A DNA stretch of 63,609 bases, filler included. It is 6 parts of 6 records of this genome, joined end to end, with 100 filler letters (N's around TTAATTAATTAA, not from the genome) between each part and the next. Parts side by side here need not be neighbours in the genome. Positions count along the whole stretch, not along the records: positions 53,744 to 63,609 come from SRR31156797_18324; 5 more parts are not named here. One strand, 5' to 3'. Each line of letters begins with the position of its first letter. The first letter of the stretch is position 1. Below the pieces are notes generated by a model. That model worked only from the letters and a program-made list of their open reading frames with translations. It searched no databases and was not told where the DNA came from. A program made the position numbers and the translations under genes. Shown here one piece after another: positions 59,213 through 63,609 of the stretch.

Positions 59213-59845
59213 CTAAAAGATTTTAATGGTTTCTGTACTACCCTCCGGAAAGCGGTTTTTCTCCATCGTTGCACTTTGATTTTCAATGTGCATAATAGCA
59301 TCCACAAGATGTTCGTATTTCGTTCCACCTTTAGATGTCCCGTCACGGTTTGCTTGATTGATGATTACAAATGAGGTATAGAGATATTGTTTCTTCAGCT
59401 CAACAAGTTCCTCGTGCGATACTTCAGTAGTTTGTGTACTATCAATAAATACCACATCGTAATCCTTGAATAGTTTCGGATTGTAATCTTCAATTATTCC
59501 AATCGGACTGTTAATCCCAAGTCTTACTACTTTCTCCTGCATTGTTCCTTTTGCACCTTCTTCATTGGCTACATACAGGACTTTATAACCATGCTGTTTT
59601 ACCAATTCATCGGCAAACATCAAGGCTACGGTACTCTTGCCATGAAAGCGTGAGCCGTAAATCATTATATAGAATGGGATATACAGCTTGCCTAATAGTT
59701 TACCGAATCTTCCCCTAATGGAGATGGTCTTAAAATTCATCTTGGCAAGGTCGTTTGCTAAAACAACCTGGTCGGATGCGATGACTGCGGTTCTCGTGGT
59801 GCCGGGATTGAATGCCCTGTTTTGTGAGCCACTACTTTTGGGCAT
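59213..59845 (-). CDS. RecA-superfamily (RadA/Sms-like) P-loop ATPase, probably made as a frameshift fusion
   Basis: Walker A GSRFHGKS, VLYVANEEG, Walker B VVFIDS, NQANRDG..GGTKYEHLVD, EKNRF. Confidence 0.85.
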   Translation of the reverse strand: MPKSSGSQNRAFNPGTTRTAVIASDQVVLANDLAKMNFKTISIRGRFGKLLGKLYIPFYIMIYGSRFHGKSTVALMFADELVKQHGYKVLYVANEEGAKGTMQEKVVRLGINSPIGIIEDYNPKLFKDYDVVFIDSTQTTEVSHEELVELKKQYLYTSFVIINQANRDGTSKGGTKYEHLVDAIMHIENQSATMEKNRFPEGSTETIKIF

Positions 59846-59869
59846 GGAAGTAGTGGCATTTACTTTCCC
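59812..59869 (-). other. -1 programmed ribosomal frameshift signal: G GGA AAG plus H-type pseudoknot
   Basis: Slip site 59869-59863; spacer TAAAT; S1 GCCACTACTT/AAGTAGTGGC; S2 ATGCCC/GGGCAT; -1 frame open into the ATPase. Confidence 0.85.
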
Positions 59870-60726
59870 AATCCGGCAATGCCTTGTAGCCCTTTTAACT
59901 GAACATTGGTAACAAGCAGCTTGTCACTCTCCAGATAATCATGTAAATGCTTTTGGACGTTTTTCACCTGTTCAAATTCTTTGTCGGACTTGTTGACCTT
60001 ACCGTTTTTCAATGAATTGGTAACTGTAGTAAGTAAGCGTTGGGCTTTTGCTTTTGTGATATTGCCATATAAATTGATAAACCTTTTAATCAATGCAACT
60101 GCCGGAGTAACACCATAGTCATCCACAATCTTTTTAAGCTTTGTGTATAGTGAATCCGGAACTTCAAACTTGCAAGTACCATTCATTTCTTTGTAGGTCT
60201 TAATCAAGTCATTACTTATGCTTTTAATTTCAGAGGCGTACTTGCTTGATTTGCGAATGGTCTTTTCGGTAGCAGCCTTTTGAATCACCTTATACAATAG
60301 CGATACCTGACGTTCTGTTACCTTCTTATTGTGGAAGTTCAGATAACGCCTGATTACCTTAATCTCCAACGGCATCAAATCAACCTCAATGGGTTTTCGT
60401 TGTGCTTTTTTTGGTACTGCCATTTTCTTTGTTGCTGTCCGTTTGGGTGAAGCTTTCTTTGTCACATTTTTTGTTGATTTTTGAGACAAGGTAGTCTTCT
60501 TCTTCGCTGATGTTTTCTTTGGTGCAGGGCTTTTCTTTTCTGAATCCTTTAGGTAAGGTTCAACGATTTTGAAATGATTATCCAACATCTCTTTTATATC
60601 CTTATCCTCATTGTAGAAATCGGCAAATGAATCGAACTCTTTATGTGCTTCCTGTGCTGCTTCCGGCAACTTTTTGAAGTCAATATTTTTGGTGGCTTCC
60701 TTGTAGTTTTTGATTGTTAATTTCAT
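59860..60726 (-). CDS. Basic hypothetical protein with histone-H1-like linker and duplicated helical domain
   Basis: SPAPKKTSAKKK..KKASPKRTATKK linker; IRRYLNFHNK / IKRFINLYGN internal repeat; ends GIAGLGK. Confidence 0.85.
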   Translation of the reverse strand: MKLTIKNYKEATKNIDFKKLPEAAQEAHKEFDSFADFYNEDKDIKEMLDNHFKIVEPYLKDSEKKSPAPKKTSAKKKTTLSQKSTKNVTKKASPKRTATKKMAVPKKAQRKPIEVDLMPLEIKVIRRYLNFHNKKVTERQVSLLYKVIQKAATEKTIRKSSKYASEIKSISNDLIKTYKEMNGTCKFEVPDSLYTKLKKIVDDYGVTPAVALIKRFINLYGNITKAKAQRLLTTVTNSLKNGKVNKSDKEFEQVKNVQKHLHDYLESDKLLVTNVQLKGLQGIAGLGK

Positions 60727-60760
60727 ACTATTTGATATTAAGTTTTTAGTACACTATTTA

Positions 60761-63091
60761 TTATTCGCTGCCCTTCGCAAGGGCTTGTTTCTGTTTAATG
60801 CGAATTGCTTTAGCCCTGATTTTGGCAAGTTTCAGTTTGCGTTCTTTGCCCACTATCACACCTTTGTTCACGCTGCCTTTTTCGGTCAGGTCGATGTATT
60901 CATCGGCTCGTTTATCGGTAAATGGTTCAAATGATTTTATGGATAAATACTCCTTGATTGCATAAATCAGGTTATCAAAGCACTTGTTGATGTAAATGCG
61001 TTCCTGACCCTGCGGATAAACAGGATGAGAAAACATACCTCCTGATACCAAGTAGTTATTTACCCGGTCCTTTTCCTTTAGCTTGTCGTACACATAACAT
61101 TCAAAGCTTCGAGCAAACATCTCAGCGATGTTTTTCCAATAGGCACCTTGAAGTTTGGAGTAGTGATACAGGTAGCTATCGGTCGGTCGCTTTTTAGAGC
61201 CATTAGAATTGAAATTATCATAGCTCACACAGATACCGCCTTCTGCACCGTAATAACCAAATCTAAGCATGACGATTAATTGCGCAATGCTCTGATGAAG
61301 GACTGTTTTAGGAACGTCATCTTCTAAAACAACCTTTAATATCGACTTGAACCAATCTTTTGTTGGGGAGGATTTACTGCCAATGAAATACTTCTTGCGA
61401 TACCCTAAACTTTCAATGATGGTATTCAGATAGCTTTCTGAACGCAATGGTTTGGTTGATAATTCTAAACCATTCAAATAATGGTCAAAGAAATGCCCCC
61501 ACTCATGGGCTACCGAACCGTCACCGTTACGTTTGGTCAGGTTGATGAGCTGCCGTGTTGGGTAATAAGTAGCCATTGCTTTACCACCACGACCGAATGC
61601 ACCGAATGCAATAGCCAGGGCTTCGTTTATGGATAGGTTGATGTCAAGTACCTCGCATAAATCAACGATGGCTGCAACAAAGTGGCGAATGTGTTCCCTG
61701 GCTTCATCATCCTTCACATAGTTTCCTAATGTGAGCGATTTAAAATGAAGCTTTTTGATAACCGTATTTTCATCCGCTTCTTCAATTAATAAACCTCCTG
61801 TGCGTTTGATATATGATAGCGGTACGGCTTCTATTTTAGGCTTGCTGCTGCTTTTTGATTTGCTTGCTTTCTTTGTTTCTGCCCAGCTCCAATCAGGTTT
61901 AAATTCCTTGTATGGAAATTGCTCTTTTTTCTGGTTATATTCACGTTTGGCATCATTTATAAATCGGGTACAAACCTGAGTGACATACCTTACATAGTCT
62001 TCTACAGTTCTAACGCTGCTCAACATTCCACCCCTAAACGTGAGGTCGGTTTGCTTGTGACGTTTCATATCTGCTGTTGAAATGATTTGGTGAGCTGAAT
62101 CAATACAATCGTTCTGACGTTTGATTTTCATTTCCATCAAGTGTTTCAACTTTGCAGCATGAGGCTCTGCCTGCTCCTTTGTTACTCCTGAATAGTGATG
62201 GGCTTTCATGTAGGTTTCCTTAACCGCATTGGTTGTGCGGTAGCCCTTAATGGTAAAGACAATGTTGCGCAGAGCCTTCCCAAATATTAATCCAAAATCA
62301 TACTTGCCAACAATTTCACCATTATTGGCGATGGTTTCGAGTTGTTGTAAATTAGTAATTGTAATGGCATCATGCAGAACTCTTACAAAAGCCTCTGCCA
62401 TTCTCACATATTGCTCCCTGGCTTCTTTGGTAGCTTTATGTGGCTTGGGTGGGAATGCCTGACGAATCTTTACTTTCAGGAATGCACACCCAGCATCTGT
62501 ACCATTTTCTTTTTCTGCTTGTGGGTCAATCTTTGGAAATACCTTATCCTTTTTGACCAGCTCGATGGCGGTAGCTTCGTCCTGTTCGATGCTGTTTAAA
62601 TCGCTACTACTAATTAGTTTGTTGTACATGGCTTGTTCCTTTCTGGAACCATGAACACGCTTCCCGGCATCCTTAAATTCCCGGTTCTTTTGCTTCTCCT
62701 GTAAAGCTTTCTCGACTTCCGTGTCAATATCCCCAAGATTTTCATTGGGGGTTGCTAAGTTGGCGCAATAGTTTTCGTATAAAGACCATTCATCGCTGAT
62801 AATAAAGAATCCATCATTGGGATTAGGTTTGTAACCTTGCTTTGTTTTGTAGCCATTCCGACCTTCAACGAATCCTTGTTTGGGTAGAATCCAAACGAAG
62901 TCACCTTTTCTCGATTTATATCGGGTTGCAATAATATCGGTTGCTTTCTCAAAACCTTTATAGATGGGCAAAGCATTGACATTAACGCCCTCTTTAAAAC
63001 CATTGGCTAATATGGAAACCTTTGATTTTCCTTTGGTGCGAATATCCTTGTGAATGGCTTTATACTTTTTATAAAACTCCTTTTCCGTCAT
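60761..63091 (-). CDS. Polyvalent protein with zincin-like metallopeptidase and LPD1-like domains
   Basis: DAGKRVHGSRKE, LAIAFGAFGRGG, GSVAHEWGHFFD (HExxH), EMFARSFECYVYDKL..NNYL..YPQGQER. Confidence 0.8.
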   Translation of the reverse strand: MTEKEFYKKYKAIHKDIRTKGKSKVSILANGFKEGVNVNALPIYKGFEKATDIIATRYKSRKGDFVWILPKQGFVEGRNGYKTKQGYKPNPNDGFFIISDEWSLYENYCANLATPNENLGDIDTEVEKALQEKQKNREFKDAGKRVHGSRKEQAMYNKLISSSDLNSIEQDEATAIELVKKDKVFPKIDPQAEKENGTDAGCAFLKVKIRQAFPPKPHKATKEAREQYVRMAEAFVRVLHDAITITNLQQLETIANNGEIVGKYDFGLIFGKALRNIVFTIKGYRTTNAVKETYMKAHHYSGVTKEQAEPHAAKLKHLMEMKIKRQNDCIDSAHQIISTADMKRHKQTDLTFRGGMLSSVRTVEDYVRYVTQVCTRFINDAKREYNQKKEQFPYKEFKPDWSWAETKKASKSKSSSKPKIEAVPLSYIKRTGGLLIEEADENTVIKKLHFKSLTLGNYVKDDEAREHIRHFVAAIVDLCEVLDINLSINEALAIAFGAFGRGGKAMATYYPTRQLINLTKRNGDGSVAHEWGHFFDHYLNGLELSTKPLRSESYLNTIIESLGYRKKYFIGSKSSPTKDWFKSILKVVLEDDVPKTVLHQSIAQLIVMLRFGYYGAEGGICVSYDNFNSNGSKKRPTDSYLYHYSKLQGAYWKNIAEMFARSFECYVYDKLKEKDRVNNYLVSGGMFSHPVYPQGQERIYINKCFDNLIYAIKEYLSIKSFEPFTDKRADEYIDLTEKGSVNKGVIVGKERKLKLAKIRAKAIRIKQKQALAKGSE

Positions 63092-63609
63092 AGTATGGTC
63101 TTGATTTTAGGATGAGTACCAAGCCCGGCAACTGCCCGAAGCTGTTTCTGCTTAATCAGGATTGCCTTTGCACGGAGCTTCACAAGCTTCAATTGTTTAC
63201 CTGTGTCAATGCTTACCTTTTTACCTTTAGGTGCGGATTGCTTTTGTTTGGCCAGTCGTTTGGGAAATTCCTTTTTGTCTTGCTCAAACATCTTCATCGC
63301 CTCATTGGTAAGGCTATCGGTGGAGTTGCTTCGCTTTGTTCCCTTATCCAAAAACTCATCGTAGTAATGGCGTGGGATTTTAACCGAAAGGCTAAACCGC
63401 TCACCAAGCAGATTAAGAAGTTTGGGCATCTTTCTTTCTTCAACCGAAGCCCTCATATTTCCCGAAACCATTTCAAATCCATCCCGATTATTAACCAGAA
63501 GCTTCACTACATTTTTATCGGTATAAATGGGAATGTGAGTTTTGGTTTTAGGCATGATGACCTTAAAAGTGCCATCATAATGCCTGGCTATTGTAATCCT
63601 GTTTTCGGT
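63088..63609 (-). CDS. C-terminal part of a larger protein, 5'-truncated by the window edge
   Basis: Frame open upstream of the ORF-track Met (TENRITIARHYDGTFKVIMPK...) to position 63609; ends with the shared basic tag. Confidence 0.8.
   Translation of the reverse strand, partial: TENRITIARHYDGTFKVIMPKTKTHIPIYTDKNVVKLLVNNRDGFEMVSGNMRASVEERKMPKLLNLLGERFSLSVKIPRHYYDEFLDKGTKRSNSTDSLTNEAMKMFEQDKKEFPKRLAKQKQSAPKGKKVSIDTGKQLKLVKLRAKAILIKQKQLRAVAGLGTHPKIKTIL

Larger units (their letters stand above)
57913..63609 (-). mobile_element. Prophage or integrative-element arm (Bacteroidota-like)
   Basis: Co-oriented, tightly packed run: polyvalent protein, basic protein/ATPase frameshift pair, TM coiled coil, holin, GH108 lysin. 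No capsid or integrase gene is visible. Confidence 0.75.

Noticed and set aside
59212-59346. N-terminal 45 aa of the ORF-track 155-aa protein
   Set aside because: Overlaps the ATPase in another frame; the ATG at 59211 directly after the ATPase stop is the more plausible start.
60770-60784. Small hairpin GCCCTT-GCG-AAGGGC at the end of the polyvalent gene
   Set aside because: A 6-bp stem inside the coding sequence, with no U-tract or slip site; insufficient evidence of function.
1-63609. CRISPR arrays, tRNA or rRNA genes
   Set aside because: No regularly spaced repeat-spacer array or recognisable structural RNA gene was seen by eye; a covariance-model scan would be needed to exclude small RNAs.

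Overview
The window is a concatenation of six unrelated contigs joined by 100-nt artificial spacers (N44-TTAATTAATTAA-N44). Segment 1 (1-12549) is very AT-rich, Campylobacterota/Arcobacter-like housekeeping DNA (ABC-F, SelO, NadE, AraC/PhzF, ABC permease). Segment 2 (12650-22688) is a Desulfobacterota-like pgk plus lptCAB-rpoN-hpf-ptsN-rapZ-PTS-rimI region. Segment 3 (22789-37862) is an S-layer/surface-glycan locus: a 1705-aa S-layer protein with a sigma54 promoter, a methyltransferase-coiled-coil-3xGT fusion, Wzm/Wzt, and a repeat-flanked GxxExxY gene. Segment 4 (37963-43729) carries anaerobic glycerol genes (glpAB, glpR, ABC ATPase). Segment 5 (43830-53643) holds TetR-SMR-B12 radical SAM, FadR-GlpD-alkyl-DHAP-synthase-like and a Tat sulfatase. 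Segment 6 (53744-63609) is a Bacteroidota-like prophage or mobile-element arm and is the most interesting part. It shows (i) a textbook -1 programmed ribosomal frameshift signal (G GGA AAG, 5-nt spacer, H-type pseudoknot) that would fuse a basic 288-aa protein to a RecA/RadA-like ATPase, (ii) an 18-aa basic C-terminal tag shared by two otherwise unrelated adjacent proteins and conserved at protein rather than DNA level, and (iii) a polyvalent LPD1/zincin protein and a holin-GH108 lysis or export cassette in the same gene run. All taxonomic and family calls come from recognising motifs and composition by eye; no database searches were run.
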